Shown piece after piece: positions 1 to 11,126 of a stretch of DNA of 64,000 nt; the stretch's first letter is position 1; each line of letters opens with the position of its first letter. The position numbers and the translations under genes were made by a program. The stretch comes from Bacilli bacterium (GTDB lineage: Bacteria > Bacillota_I > Bacilli_A > ML615J-28 > CAG-313), in the NCBI GenBank assembly GCA_045536365.1, contig JAZSNL010000020.1, positions 96,767 to 160,766 on the forward strand, in the 5' to 3' direction. The notes under the pieces are model-generated. The model was not told the origin of the DNA and searched no databases. It saw only the letters and a program-made list of their open reading frames with translations.

Positions 1-2
1 CA

Positions 3-407
3 GAAATTAAACCTGAGTATTTAACTGGTGAATCATTTACATTCACTTTCACAGCATCTGATACTGAATCAGAAGAGTTAACTTATACTGTTTATATAAT
101 AGAAAATAATTCAGAAACTGTTCTTAAAACAGGAACAATTACTGATAATACTGAAAGTGTAACTGTAGGACCTTATTTCTGGACATTTAAAGGACAAATA
201 AAAATAGTAGTTTCAGATGGTAAAAAATCAGATGAAAAAATATATGATGTTTCAATAGTTGATCAAGTAACACCTGAACCTGAACCTACACCAACTCCTA
301 CTCCAAAACCAGAGAAAAAAGGATGTAAAAAGAAACAATTAGAATCACTAACACTACTATTTAGTTTAGGATTATCATTAATATTAATAAGAAAAAGGGA
401 TGAATAA
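3..407 (+). CDS. 3' end of a surface protein (5' truncated): beta-rich Ig-like domain, Pro/Thr linker, KKGCKKK-TM-RKR C-terminal tail
   Basis: Not in the ORF track. Frame 3 is open from the window start to TAA 405-407 and ends ...DQVTPEPEPTPTPTPKPEKKGCKKKQLESLTLLFSLGLSLILIRKRDE*. Confidence 0.85.
   Translation, partial: EIKPEYLTGESFTFTFTASDTESEELTYTVYIIENNSETVLKTGTITDNTESVTVGPYFWTFKGQIKIVVSDGKKSDEKIYDVSIVDQVTPEPEPTPTPTPKPEKKGCKKKQLESLTLLFSLGLSLILIRKRDE
309..407 (+). other. Candidate GC-type C-terminal sorting signal, copy 1
   Basis: PEKKGCKKKQLESLTLLFSLGLSLILIRKRDE*; Gly-Cys codons at 321-326. Confidence 0.7.
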
Positions 408-409
408 AC

Positions 410-1690
410 ATGAAGTTAAAAAAGAATCATAGTAAAGAATATTTAAAATATTGGCATAATAATGAAGAAATTAATATTCCAAGATATCATTTTAATAAAA
501 ATGATATTCGTGGTGTATGGGTTTCAAATGTTGCAAATATAGATACTCCTAGGGGTTTACCTATTGATGAATATCAAGCGTATTTAAAAGATATGGTTGC
601 AAATATTGCGAGTTATAATTTTAATACAATTATCTTCCAAGTAAGACCTTGTAGTGATGCGTATTATCCTTCAAAACTAAATCCATGGTCTCGTTTTATA
701 ACTGGTGAAGAAGGAAAAGATCCTGGATTTGATGTGTTACAATTTGTCATTGATGAAGCTAAAAAATATAATATTAGAGTACATGCGTGGATGAATCCTT
801 ACCGTGTTGCGCAAGTAAGTTTAGAAAAAATGGAAATGACAAAAGAACAATATTTAGAAACTTTACATGAATTAAATTTTGCAAGAAGACATCCAGAACA
901 TACTATTTTAGATGGTGCTGGTAAGGTAATTCTTTCCCCATCTCACCCAGAAGTTATTGAATTTGTAACAGAAACAATAATGGAAGTAGTGGATAACTAT
1001 GATGTTGAAGGTGTTCATATAGATGACTATTTCTATCCTTACGCAAAGATTCCTGAAGAAGCCGAACAAGAAGATTATTTAAAATATCGTGATTTTGAAG
1101 AACAATCATTTGATGATTTTAGAAGAAGCAATGTTAATAAAATGATTAAAAGCATTCATGATGCTATGAAAAAATCGTTTGACAAAAATAATAGAAAAGT
1201 TGACTTTGGTATCAGCCCTTTCGCAATCTATCGTACACATAGTTCAATAGTAGAAGGTGGTTGGGATAAAGGATCTTATCATTCTGCAGGTGCTTTACAA
1301 TGTTATAGTGAGTTATATTCTGATATTTACTTATGGATGAAAGAAGGATGGATTGATTATGTTGTTCCTCAAGTATATTTCCCATTCAGTAGAAAAGATG
1401 TAACTTATCATGACTTAGTATGGTGGTGGAATAATATTTGTGAAGAAACTAAAACTAAACTTTATATTGGTATGGGTATATATCAAATGGGTTCTAAAAA
1501 TGCGGAAGGTGAATTACATCCAGCATGGGATAATCCATTAGAAATTCAAAATCAATTAAAGTTTAATTGTCAATTTGAAAATGTTAGTGGAGTTATTTTC
1601 TTCACTTATAAAGATTTTGTAAAAGGTCAAAATGAAATTAAGAATGAGGCTTTAGATACTGTTAAAAAGTTGTTTAAAGCTAATAAATAA
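410..1690 (+). CDS. Glycoside hydrolase-like family 10 protein (GHL10/DUF187; YddW/DigH/YngK-like), no signal peptide
   Basis: RGVWV, FQVRP.SDAYYPS...PWS, GFDVL, HAWMNPYR, GVHIDDYFYP, FGISPF and GWIDYVVPQVY motifs. Confidence 0.85.
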   Translation: MKLKKNHSKEYLKYWHNNEEINIPRYHFNKNDIRGVWVSNVANIDTPRGLPIDEYQAYLKDMVANIASYNFNTIIFQVRPCSDAYYPSKLNPWSRFITGEEGKDPGFDVLQFVIDEAKKYNIRVHAWMNPYRVAQVSLEKMEMTKEQYLETLHELNFARRHPEHTILDGAGKVILSPSHPEVIEFVTETIMEVVDNYDVEGVHIDDYFYPYAKIPEEAEQEDYLKYRDFEEQSFDDFRRSNVNKMIKSIHDAMKKSFDKNNRKVDFGISPFAIYRTHSSIVEGGWDKGSYHSAGALQCYSELYSDIYLWMKEGWIDYVVPQVYFPFSRKDVTYHDLVWWWNNICEETKTKLYIGMGIYQMGSKNAEGELHPAWDNPLEIQNQLKFNCQFENVSGVIFFTYKDFVKGQNEIKNEALDTVKKLFKANK

Positions 1691-1700
1691 TTAAAAAAAT

Positions 1701-1746
1701 AAGAACAATATGACTAAAATAATTTTAGTTTATATTGTTCTTTTTT
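1701..1746 (+). terminator. Intrinsic terminator
   Basis: AAGAACAATATGACTAAAAT / ATTTTAGTTTATATTGTTCTT imperfect stem followed by a T run. Confidence 0.7.
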
Positions 1747-1785
1747 CTTTTTCTTCTTAAAATTAAATTTTAACTAGTGTTTCAC

Positions 1786-1814
1786 TTGAATAAAAACGTT
1801 TTCTTTGGTATAAT
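1786..1814 (+). promoter_or_regulatory. SigA promoter of the GH20/ABC operon, with a cre/LacI-like site in the spacer
   Basis: TTGAAT(1786)-17 bp-TATAAT(1809) with TGn extension; TAAAAACGTTTTCT at 1791-1804. Confidence 0.7.
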
Positions 1815-1874
1815 AAGTAAAGTAGTATGGGGTTTTTTCTAAACTTAAGAAAACTCGCGAAAGGAGGCCTTAAA

Positions 1875-3701
1875 ATGTATATTTTTCCTAAACCAAAGTT
1901 TGTAGAACAGTATGATAAAATATTTGATACAACAATAGAAAAAGTATCATTAGGGTCTTTTTCTTATAACCTTTTAAGAGAATTAGAAAGTATTTTTAAA
2001 GGTAAGCTTCAAAATGTTAATGAACCTGGTATAAAGACAATTTCTTTTGTCAATAACCTAATGGTTGAACAACAGGGTTATTTATTATTGATGAAGGATG
2101 AACAAATTATTATTGAGGCTTCTACTGATGTCGGTGCTTATTATGCGGTGCAGACATTGAAACAAATATTTAAATCTTCCCCTGTTAATTGTGTTAAGAT
2201 TTATGATTATCCGGATTTGGAAATCAGGGGTATTATGTTAGATATAAGTAGAAATAAAGTTCCTTTAGTTGATACGATAAAACAATTGATAGATGTATTT
2301 AGTAGTTTGAAAATTAATCATTTGGAGCTTTATATTGAAGGGTTTGCGTTAGAGTATAAAAAATATCAAGATATTATTCCACATAAGAATCATCTTAAAC
2401 AAAGTGAATATATTGAAATTGAGAACTACGCAAATGAACGATATATAGATTTAGTACCTAATCAAAATGGATTTGGACATATGGAAGAGTGGCTCGCGTT
2501 AGATGAATTTAAAGATTTAGCTGAGTGTCCGGATGGATTTACTATTTGGGGTAGTCACCGACCGCCTACAACGCTTAATCCTCTTGATGAAAGATCGACT
2601 GAATTAGTTAAGAGTTTGTATGATGAGTTACTTCCAATAAGTACTTCAAAGTATTTCCATATGAACTTTGATGAGCCTTATGAATTAGGCCATGGAAAAA
2701 GTAAAGAATTATGTGATGAATTAAGTAAAGAAGATGTATATATTAACTATTTCACTCCTCTTGCAAGTTATGTGAAGAGTTTCCATAAAACACCGATGTT
2801 GTGGGGAGATGTATTGATTCACAATAAAGATGCGATTTATAAACTGCCTCATGATGTAATATTTGTTGATTGGGGATATCATAAAGCTTATAATTTTGAA
2901 GAACATGCGAAGATGTTAAATAGTTTAGGAATAAGTTATCTTCTTGCTCCAGGTACTTCGACATGGTCTAATTTTACATGTCGATATGAAGATATGTATA
3001 CAACGATTCAAAATAGTGCAGAGGCTGCTAAACAATATAATGGTCTTGGAATATTAACAACTGATTGGGGAGATATAGGTCACTTACAATATTTACCTTT
3101 CAGTATGCCGGGCTTCATTTTAGGGGCTTGTTGCAGTTGGGGATCGATGAATGATGAAGAGTTAAAAATATGTTTAGGTAATCTGTTAGGAAGCTCAGAT
3201 TTAGCGAGTATAATTTATAATCTGTCTCAATATACAAGCCTTGAAGGCGAATATAGAGATTACGGTAGCAGGTTGTTCTCTAGTATTTTATGGGCAGAAC
3301 ATGTTATACGAGAAAAACAAGGATTAGATGTTTATTTTAAAAAAATACAAAATAATATTTTAGAGAAAAAAGCGGTTGAAGATATTAGTAAATTGTTTAA
3401 TGAATCTAAAGAAAAATTGAAGAAGTTGTATAATAATACAATTTGTCAAGAGTTGTCTAATACGATATTTATATTAGAAACTTTACTAGAATTAAATATT
3501 TTCTTTGGTGAGTATTTAAACAATCAATATGATGAACATAAACTAGTTAAAATATCTAAAAAATTAGATCAATATGCTCAAACTCATTATGGACTTTGGT
3601 GTGAGCGTAATTTAGAAGAAGGATACTTTATCAGTATTCAAAAAATTAAAAAAGTTCAAAGAATCTTAGAAATGATACAAATAAAGGAGAAAAGTGTATG
3701 A
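1875..3701 (+). CDS. GH20-family beta-N-acetylhexosaminidase-like protein, no signal peptide
   Basis: GH20b N-domain (GAYYAVQTLKQ), RGIMLDISR, FGHM and catalytic HMNFDEPY. Start moved to ATG 1875 after the AAGGAGG RBS. Confidence 0.8.
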   Translation: MYIFPKPKFVEQYDKIFDTTIEKVSLGSFSYNLLRELESIFKGKLQNVNEPGIKTISFVNNLMVEQQGYLLLMKDEQIIIEASTDVGAYYAVQTLKQIFKSSPVNCVKIYDYPDLEIRGIMLDISRNKVPLVDTIKQLIDVFSSLKINHLELYIEGFALEYKKYQDIIPHKNHLKQSEYIEIENYANERYIDLVPNQNGFGHMEEWLALDEFKDLAECPDGFTIWGSHRPPTTLNPLDERSTELVKSLYDELLPISTSKYFHMNFDEPYELGHGKSKELCDELSKEDVYINYFTPLASYVKSFHKTPMLWGDVLIHNKDAIYKLPHDVIFVDWGYHKAYNFEEHAKMLNSLGISYLLAPGTSTWSNFTCRYEDMYTTIQNSAEAAKQYNGLGILTTDWGDIGHLQYLPFSMPGFILGACCSWGSMNDEELKICLGNLLGSSDLASIIYNLSQYTSLEGEYRDYGSRLFSSILWAEHVIREKQGLDVYFKKIQNNILEKKAVEDISKLFNESKEKLKKLYNNTICQELSNTIFILETLLELNIFFGEYLNNQYDEHKLVKISKKLDQYAQTHYGLWCERNLEEGYFISIQKIKKVQRILEMIQIKEKSV

Positions 3702-6700
3702 GAAAAATTAAGAAGCCCTTTATAGCCTTAATAGTTCTAGTAATTACTTGTTTAGTTGTTGGAACTATAGGGGATCAAATCAAGGCATCTGATGAACCAG
3801 GTTTCACGGCTGGGGATATTTCATCTTATGTTGATAATCCTTATGATGACTATAAAGCAGAAAAACAAGAATATCATCAGACTAAATATGGGGACAAAAC
3901 AGCGTATCCTCAAGTTAATGATATTGTAATTAATGCATATGAGTATTATGGATTTGGTTATACTAGTGAAATGGATGAAAATGGATATCAAAGTGTTAAA
4001 GTTGTAGATAAAAATGGTAAAGAATTACAATACTATGAAAATATTGCAACAGAAGCTATTAATGATAAACTAGTTATCCAAGAAGATGATGGAACAATTA
4101 CTTGGAAAGTTGAAATTGCTGAACCTGGTTTTTATAACATGGTTTTCAGATACTATCCAATTGAAGGTTATAGTTCAGCTATCGAAAGAACTATTGCAAT
4201 AAATGGTGAAGTTCCTTTTAGTTCTGCATCTGCAGTAGCATTCTCAAGAATTTGGGCTGATGCTCCTACAGGATATACTTTAGATGAAAATGGTAATAAA
4301 GTATTTAAAACTGACCTTAGAGGAAATGCAACAAAACCTCAACAAGTAGAAAAGAGATATTTCTTAAATACTTATGCAAAAGATGCTATGGGTTATGAAA
4401 CAGAAAATTTCCAATTCTATTTAGATTCAGGTGTTAACTATATTACTTTCATTTCAATTAAAGAACCTATGTTATTAGATACTGTAACTATTAAACCTGT
4501 TAAAGCTGAAAAAACATATGCTCAATATTTACAAGAAATGGAAGCATTACACGGAAGTGTGGATTCATTCCAAGGTGGATTACAAGCAAGAGTTGAAGCA
4601 GAAAATACTTATACTAAATCTTCTCCTACTTTATATCCTACAACTGATAGATCTTCTTCAAAAACTTACCCTTATAGTTATGATAAAACAATGTTAAATA
4701 CTATTGGTGGTACATCATGGGCAACTGTTGGAGATTGGATTAGTTGGAATATTAATGTTCCTGAAGATGGTTATTATAATATTTCAATGAGAGTTAAACA
4801 AAACACAGTAAAAGGTATGTATTCTACTCGTGTTGTTTATATTGATGATGAAGTTTTATTTGATGAATTAAGTAGTGTTATTTTCCCTTATGATAATAAA
4901 TGGTATAATTATACATTAGGTAATGAACAAGGTGATTTCTTAATTTATTTAGAAAAAGGTGTTCATACATTAAAAATGGAAGTTTCACTTGGTGCTTATT
5001 CTTCATTAATTGAAAGAATTCAAAATGTTATTGATGATTTAAGTGCTATTTACCGTCAAATTATTTCTTATACTACTGTTAATCCAGATAGCAACCGTGA
5101 CTATCAATTAAATAAAAAGTTCCCTACAATGATGGATGAATTTGAAATGTATGCAAAAGAATTAAGAAGTATTTCAGCTGATATCACTGCTATTTCAGGA
5201 ACTAAGAATGATAAGACAGGGGTTATTGATGCAGTAGCAGTACAAATTGAAGACTTCTTAGACAGACCTGGAACAATTCCTGCTCGTTTAGGAACTTTCA
5301 GTACTAATATTTCTTCACTTGGTACAATCTTATTAGATTTAAGATCTGCACCATTACAATTCGACTATATTTCAGCTCATTCAGAAGATGTTGAATTACC
5401 TAAAGCAAATGCTAATTTCTTTAGAAAAATTTGGGATGGTATCGTATCATTCTTTGTATCTTTCTTTATTGATTATTCTGCAATCGGTGAAACTGTAGAA
5501 AGTACAGGTTCAAGAACAATTCAAGTATGGATGACTGCTGGTCGTGACCAAGCTAACGTTATTCGTAACTTAATAGATACAAACTTTAGAAAACAAAATC
5601 CAGAAGTTAATGTTGAATTAAAACTTACTGGTGCTGACGTATTATTAAAAGCAACTTTAGCAGGTATTGGACCTGAAGTTGCGTTAAACGTTGACTCTTC
5701 ACTTGCAGTTAACTATGGTTTAAGAAATGCCGTATTAGATTTAACTACAATTGATGAATTCTGGGATACAATTTATATTATCCCTGATGGATCTAATGAT
5801 TATAAAACTGCTCAAGCAGCTGGTTATGAAAATGTTTATATGGCTAGCTCAATGAGATTATATCAATTCTCTGATTATACAACAGATGCAATGTTTGATA
5901 GTACAAGTGTTTCATCTATTGAATATATGAAAGAAAATATTACAGGTGTTTATGCTTTACCTGAAAAACAAAATTTCTTAATGATGTTCGTACGTGATGA
6001 CGTATTAAAAGATTTAGGATTAGAAGATCAAATTCCTGAAACTTGGGATGATGTATTAGATTTAGTTGCTGAATTACAAACTGAACAATTACAATTCTAT
6101 ATTCCAGTTAATGATGCTGGTGCGACAGCTCTTAACCCAATCTTTGTAAGTCTTTTATATCAAAACGGTGGACAATTATATACAGATGATAACCGTGAAA
6201 CTGCATTATTATCAGAACCTGCAATGGATGCGTTCGAATATTGGACTGAGTTTTATACACTTTACTCATTCCCTAAATCAGCAAATTTCGTAAACCGTTT
6301 CCGTACTGGTGAAATGCCAATCGGTATCTCTTATTATGATTTATATAACACTTTAAGTGTTTCTGCTCCTGAATTAAAAGGTAAATGGTCATTCCATATT
6401 ATTCCTGGTACTGAAAGAGTAATCGTGGATGCACAAGGAAATGAAACTACTTATGTTGACCACACTTCAGTAACTTCTGGTTCTGCGTGTGTTATCTTAA
6501 AAGGTCCTGCATTAAAGAGTGAACAAGCTAAGATGGACTCTTGGGAATTCTTAAAATGGTGGACATCAGCTGATATTCAAGCTCAATTTGGTCGTGAAAT
6601 GGAAGGTATCTTAGGTGCTGCTGCTCGACACAATACAGCTAACGTTATCGCATTACAAGAATTATCTTGGACTTCTGGCGAATTAAGTATCTTAATGGAA

Positions 6701-6895
6701 CAATGGAAACAAACTCATGAAATGCCTAATATAGCAGGTAGTTATATGACAGGTCGTGAAATGGAAAATGCATTCCGTCAAGTAATTAATAACTTATATA
6801 ACGCTAGAGAAGTATTATACGAATACGCATTTAATATCAATAATGAAATTGATCGTAAACGTAAAGAATTTAACTTACCATTAAAAGGAGAATAG
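3698..6895 (+). CDS. Very large carbohydrate ABC solute-binding protein with N-terminal CBM-like beta-sandwich domains
   Basis: Signal peptide; two CBM6/35-like segments (W.V.IAEPGFYN; VEAE...WNINVPEDGYYNI); C-terminal SBP fold (IPETWDD, FRTGEMPIGI, WEFLKWW). Confidence 0.8.
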   Translation: MRKIKKPFIALIVLVITCLVVGTIGDQIKASDEPGFTAGDISSYVDNPYDDYKAEKQEYHQTKYGDKTAYPQVNDIVINAYEYYGFGYTSEMDENGYQSVKVVDKNGKELQYYENIATEAINDKLVIQEDDGTITWKVEIAEPGFYNMVFRYYPIEGYSSAIERTIAINGEVPFSSASAVAFSRIWADAPTGYTLDENGNKVFKTDLRGNATKPQQVEKRYFLNTYAKDAMGYETENFQFYLDSGVNYITFISIKEPMLLDTVTIKPVKAEKTYAQYLQEMEALHGSVDSFQGGLQARVEAENTYTKSSPTLYPTTDRSSSKTYPYSYDKTMLNTIGGTSWATVGDWISWNINVPEDGYYNISMRVKQNTVKGMYSTRVVYIDDEVLFDELSSVIFPYDNKWYNYTLGNEQGDFLIYLEKGVHTLKMEVSLGAYSSLIERIQNVIDDLSAIYRQIISYTTVNPDSNRDYQLNKKFPTMMDEFEMYAKELRSISADITAISGTKNDKTGVIDAVAVQIEDFLDRPGTIPARLGTFSTNISSLGTILLDLRSAPLQFDYISAHSEDVELPKANANFFRKIWDGIVSFFVSFFIDYSAIGETVESTGSRTIQVWMTAGRDQANVIRNLIDTNFRKQNPEVNVELKLTGADVLLKATLAGIGPEVALNVDSSLAVNYGLRNAVLDLTTIDEFWDTIYIIPDGSNDYKTAQAAGYENVYMASSMRLYQFSDYTTDAMFDSTSVSSIEYMKENITGVYALPEKQNFLMMFVRDDVLKDLGLEDQIPETWDDVLDLVAELQTEQLQFYIPVNDAGATALNPIFVSLLYQNGGQLYTDDNRETALLSEPAMDAFEYWTEFYTLYSFPKSANFVNRFRTGEMPIGISYYDLYNTLSVSAPELKGKWSFHIIPGTERVIVDAQGNETTYVDHTSVTSGSACVILKGPALKSEQAKMDSWEFLKWWTSADIQAQFGREMEGILGAAARHNTANVIALQELSWTSGELSILMEQWKQTHEMPNIAGSYMTGREMENAFRQVINNLYNAREVLYEYAFNINNEIDRKRKEFNLPLKGE

Positions 6896-6904
6896 GAGGT
6901 AAAT

Positions 6905-8296
6905 ATGGAAGTCATTTTATATATCTTATTAGGTATTACTATTATCGCTATAACATATTTATTTATTCAAGTTTTAAGTGGTAATAGAAAACAACATCAT
7001 AGTTTTCAAAAAGAATTAAAAGAACGTAAAGTTAAAAAGAAAGCTCAAGAAAAAACAAGAGAAGAAAAAGCCCAAGAAAAAGCTGAATTAAAAGCAGCAA
7101 TGAAAGAACAAAAAGAAAAATGGGCAAAAGAAGATGCAGAATATGAAGCTGCAGTTAAAGTTAGAATTGAAGAATTAAAAATTCAAGTTGCTGAAAGTAA
7201 ACTTAAATTAGATGCTTTAAAATTTGCTTGGGAAGAATCTAAGAAATATCAAAAAGAACATCCTACTGAAGAAACTACAGTTGAAGCAGATGAACAAGCA
7301 TATCGTGAATATTTAACAATTCATGAAAGATTACTTCAAAAATTAAGAATAGAAAAAGATCGTATTTCTTTATATCGTAAAGCAGAAAGATGGAGTAAAC
7401 GTGGTGGACGTCTTCGTCGTCAAATCTTCTTAAATAGACAATATTACTATTTAATTACTCCATATACAGTTTTATTTATTATCTTTACTGTTATTCCTGT
7501 ATTAATGTCACTTGCATTAAGTTTTACATACTTTAACTTATTAGAACCACCAACATTCATTGGTTGGGAAAACTACATGAGATTGTTTGTAGATGATAAA
7601 GTATTTACAATCGCTTTAAAGAATACAGCAATCTTAGCTGTAGTAACAGGTCCTTTAAGTTATATTATGGCATTCGTATTTGCTTGGTTAATTAATGAAT
7701 TAAAACCTTTATTAAGAAGTTTCATGACATTAATTTTCTATGCACCATCTATTTCAGGTAACGTATATCTAGTTTGGAAATTAATTTTCAGTAGTGATAT
7801 TTATGGTTATGCAAATGCGATTTTAACAAGACTTAATATTATTGATGAACCAATTACTTGGTTACAAGATAGTAAATATATTATTTGGATCTTAATCATT
7901 GTTCAATTATGGTTAAGTTTAGGTGTAAGTTTCCTTGCCTTCATTGCTGGTTTACAAGGTTGTGAACGTAGTTATTATGAAGCAGGTGCTATCGATGGTA
8001 TTAAAAACCGTTGGCAAGAATTATGGTATATTACTTTACCACAAATGAAATCACAATTATTATTCGGTGCCGTTATGCAAATTACATCAAGTTTGAGTGT
8101 TGCGGAAGTATCGACTCAGATTGCTGGTTTCCCATCAATTGAATATGCTGGTCATACAATTATTACTCACTTAATGGACTATGGTTCACTAAGAATGGAA
8201 ATGGGTTATGCATCAGCTATTGCGACAATTCTATTTATCATTATGATTGTTGCTAACTTATTAGTAAGAAAGATTTTAAGAAGGGTGGGCTCATAA
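6905..8296 (+). CDS. Carbohydrate ABC permease (MalF-type) with extra N-terminal TM and coiled coil
   Basis: EAA loop YYEAGAIDG...WYITLP; ~170-aa charged N-terminal extension. Confidence 0.9.
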   Translation: MEVILYILLGITIIAITYLFIQVLSGNRKQHHSFQKELKERKVKKKAQEKTREEKAQEKAELKAAMKEQKEKWAKEDAEYEAAVKVRIEELKIQVAESKLKLDALKFAWEESKKYQKEHPTEETTVEADEQAYREYLTIHERLLQKLRIEKDRISLYRKAERWSKRGGRLRRQIFLNRQYYYLITPYTVLFIIFTVIPVLMSLALSFTYFNLLEPPTFIGWENYMRLFVDDKVFTIALKNTAILAVVTGPLSYIMAFVFAWLINELKPLLRSFMTLIFYAPSISGNVYLVWKLIFSSDIYGYANAILTRLNIIDEPITWLQDSKYIIWILIIVQLWLSLGVSFLAFIAGLQGCERSYYEAGAIDGIKNRWQELWYITLPQMKSQLLFGAVMQITSSLSVAEVSTQIAGFPSIEYAGHTIITHLMDYGSLRMEMGYASAIATILFIIMIVANLLVRKILRRVGS

Positions 8297-8297
8297 G

Positions 8298-9323
8298 ATG
8301 GCTATAGAAAAAATCCATGTAGATGATGAACAAGTCAAAGGTGTCGGCCTTTCTAAGAAAGAGCTTGCTCGTCAAAAAAGACAAGAAAGAAAGTTAAAAA
8401 AATTCGGTATCAGAAATGAAGCCGAAATGGGTAAATTAGAATTATTCTTCTATAGAATAGAAAAAAGACGTCGTATTAAAAGACGTAAGAGAGTCAGCAG
8501 AAGTAAAGCTGGTGACATTGCATTATTCTTATTGTTATTATTATTTGGTGCATTTAGTGCTTATCCTCTTGTTTATACAATTTGTGCAGCATTTAAACCT
8601 TTAAATGAATTATTCATTTATCCACCAAAATTATTCGTAGAACATCCTACATTAGATAACTTCTTAGACTTATCAGTTCTAATGGAAGATTCATGGGTTC
8701 CGTTCTCAAGATATTTATTCAATACAGTATTTATTACTTTAGCAGGTACAGTTGGTCACGTATTACTTGCGTCAATGGCAGCTTATCCACTTGCTAAATA
8801 TAATTTCCCTGGTAGTAAGATTGTCTTTGGTTTAGTAGTTTATTCATTAATGTTCTCTGCAACAGTAACTTCTACTCCAAGATATATCGTATTTAGTTGT
8901 ATTGGTTTAATAGATAATCAATTAGCTATTATCGTTCCGGCCTTTGCTTATTCATTAGGTCTATATTTGATGAGACAGTTTATGTCCGATATTAATATGG
9001 AATTAATTGAAGCAGCTAAGATTGACGGTGCAAATGAATTCCAAATTTATTGGAAGATTATTATGCCGCTTGTTAAACCTGCTTGGTTAACATTAATTAT
9101 TCTTTTATTCCAACAATTATGGAATACAGATGGTGGTACTTATATTTATAGTGAACAATTGAAACCTTTAAGTTATGCATTACACCAAATCGTATCTGGT
9201 GGTATTGCAAGAACAGGTACTTCAGCAGCTATCATGTTAATTATGATGATTGTTCCAATTTCAGTATTTATCTTATCTCAAAGCCAAATTATTGAAACAA
9301 TGGCTCACTCAGGTATGAAATAG
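8298..9323 (+). CDS. Carbohydrate ABC permease (MalG-type)
   Basis: ELIEAAKIDGANEFQIYWKIIMP EAA motif; AAYPLAKYNFPG. Confidence 0.9.
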   Translation: MAIEKIHVDDEQVKGVGLSKKELARQKRQERKLKKFGIRNEAEMGKLELFFYRIEKRRRIKRRKRVSRSKAGDIALFLLLLLFGAFSAYPLVYTICAAFKPLNELFIYPPKLFVEHPTLDNFLDLSVLMEDSWVPFSRYLFNTVFITLAGTVGHVLLASMAAYPLAKYNFPGSKIVFGLVVYSLMFSATVTSTPRYIVFSCIGLIDNQLAIIVPAFAYSLGLYLMRQFMSDINMELIEAAKIDGANEFQIYWKIIMPLVKPAWLTLIILLFQQLWNTDGGTYIYSEQLKPLSYALHQIVSGGIARTGTSAAIMLIMMIVPISVFILSQSQIIETMAHSGMK

Positions 9324-9335
9324 GAGGTAGATGGT

Positions 9336-11126
9336 ATGAAAAGAACAAGAAAAATAATTATTACATGTTTAACATTAATTTTATTAGTTTTTAATGCATA
9401 TGGTAGCGTAAATGCTATGTCATATACATATGATTTCTGGAAAAATATTATCCCTTCTACTGAAGGTTTAGCTTATCGTGAAACTTATTATAGTAATACA
9501 ATCTTAGATGAATTTGGTGAAGAAACAAATCTTGTATTAGATACATTAACAGATTTCTCTGTTTATGAAGGTAACATTTATTTATTAGATAGTCGTAAAA
9601 CATATAATAAACAAATGTCATTTGCTGATTTAGCACCTGGTGCTACTACAGCAGTAGCCTCAGTTAGTTCATTAATTATACTTAACCAAAATTTCCAATT
9701 CGTTAAGGAATTAGATGAATTTGAAATGACTGATGCTGTAAAAGAAAAATTAGAAAAATATTATGGATTTACAACTCCATTAAATGAAATTACTTCTGCG
9801 CAATATACAGCACAAGAAGTTCCTGATAAAGCTCCTTATAGTGCTTCAAGTACTGATCCTAATAAAGCAGTATTAAGATTAGATGAAGCTCAAGGTGTTG
9901 AAGTTACAAGTGAAGGTATCTTTATTGCAGATACTGAAAACTCAAGAATTTTAAAATTAAACTCTGAATATGTATGTGTTGATGTTTATTTAACACCTGC
10001 TGATTCAGCATTCACTCAATATAATAAAGAAGGTATTGAGTTCGAAGAAGATGAAACTGCAATTCCATTTAAACCATTAAAAGTTACTGCAGTATCTGAT
10101 GGTAGTATTTATTGTATTAGTAGAGATATTTATGAAGGTATTATCGAGTTCAATTTAGACACTGAATTTAATCGTTTCTTAGGTACAAATACAGTAGTTG
10201 CTAACCCATTAAAGAAATTCTGGGCTAAATTATTCTCTGAAGCTCAACTTTCTACAATGGAACTTGACTTACCTCCAATGTTTACAAATATTTGTGCAGA
10301 TGAAAAAGGATTTATTTATGCAACATCTAAGCCAGATGCTGATGATACAGCAGCTTCTAAAGTTGTAAAAGCAATCAACAAATCTGGTAAAGACGTTATG
10401 AGAAGAAATGGATATGTTTTACCTGACGGTGACGTTGTATATCTATCAACTTCAAATGTTAAAGATGCCGTAACAGGTGCTTCAAGTATTATTGACGTTG
10501 CAATTAGTTCAACTGGTAACTTTACAATTGCAGACGCAAATAGAGGTCGTATTTTTACTTATGATATCGAAGGTAACTTATTATACATTGCTGGTGAACA
10601 ACCTGGTGGTCAAGGTAACTCTGGATCTGGTGGTTTATCAAATAGTATCTTAAATCCTTCAGCAATTAATTATTTATATCGTACAAATGAAGATGGTTCT
10701 TCAGAAGAATTATTATTAGTATTAGACCAAAAATCTTCAAGTATCATTGTTTATGAAACTACAGAATTTGGTGAAACAGTTAATACAGCTACTTATTTAT
10801 ATCAAAATGGTATGATTGAAGAAGCTGAACAATATTGGCGTAAAGCAGAAAAAATGAATACTAACTATGAACTTGCTTATTTAGGTATTGGTAAGAGTTT
10901 ACTTCGTCAAGGTCGTTATGAAGAAGCTATGGAATACTTTAAGAAAGCTCATAATGGTACTTATTATTCTAAAGCATTTAGTAATTATCGTGACAATGTA
11001 TTAAAGGAAAATTTCAGTTGGATAATGACAGTTGCCATTATCGGTGTAGTAGGTATCTTTGTATATAAATACATTAAGTATGTTAATAAAAAACGTAATA
11101 GTGTTCCACAAGGAGGCGATGAATAA
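9336..11126 (+). CDS. Secreted NHL-repeat beta-propeller + TPR protein with C-terminal TM anchor
   Basis: Signal peptide; IFIADTENSRI and IADANRGRIFTYD repeats; TPR-like AYLGIGKSLLRQGRYEEAMEYF; C-terminal TM. Confidence 0.8.
   Translation: MKRTRKIIITCLTLILLVFNAYGSVNAMSYTYDFWKNIIPSTEGLAYRETYYSNTILDEFGEETNLVLDTLTDFSVYEGNIYLLDSRKTYNKQMSFADLAPGATTAVASVSSLIILNQNFQFVKELDEFEMTDAVKEKLEKYYGFTTPLNEITSAQYTAQEVPDKAPYSASSTDPNKAVLRLDEAQGVEVTSEGIFIADTENSRILKLNSEYVCVDVYLTPADSAFTQYNKEGIEFEEDETAIPFKPLKVTAVSDGSIYCISRDIYEGIIEFNLDTEFNRFLGTNTVVANPLKKFWAKLFSEAQLSTMELDLPPMFTNICADEKGFIYATSKPDADDTAASKVVKAINKSGKDVMRRNGYVLPDGDVVYLSTSNVKDAVTGASSIIDVAISSTGNFTIADANRGRIFTYDIEGNLLYIAGEQPGGQGNSGSGGLSNSILNPSAINYLYRTNEDGSSEELLLVLDQKSSSIIVYETTEFGETVNTATYLYQNGMIEEAEQYWRKAEKMNTNYELAYLGIGKSLLRQGRYEEAMEYFKKAHNGTYYSKAFSNYRDNVLKENFSWIMTVAIIGVVGIFVYKYIKYVNKKRNSVPQGGDE

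Noticed and set aside
268-312. Short tandem repeats (CCTGAA, ACWCCW) as a DNA repeat element
   Set aside because: They encode an ordinary Pro/Glu/Thr linker.
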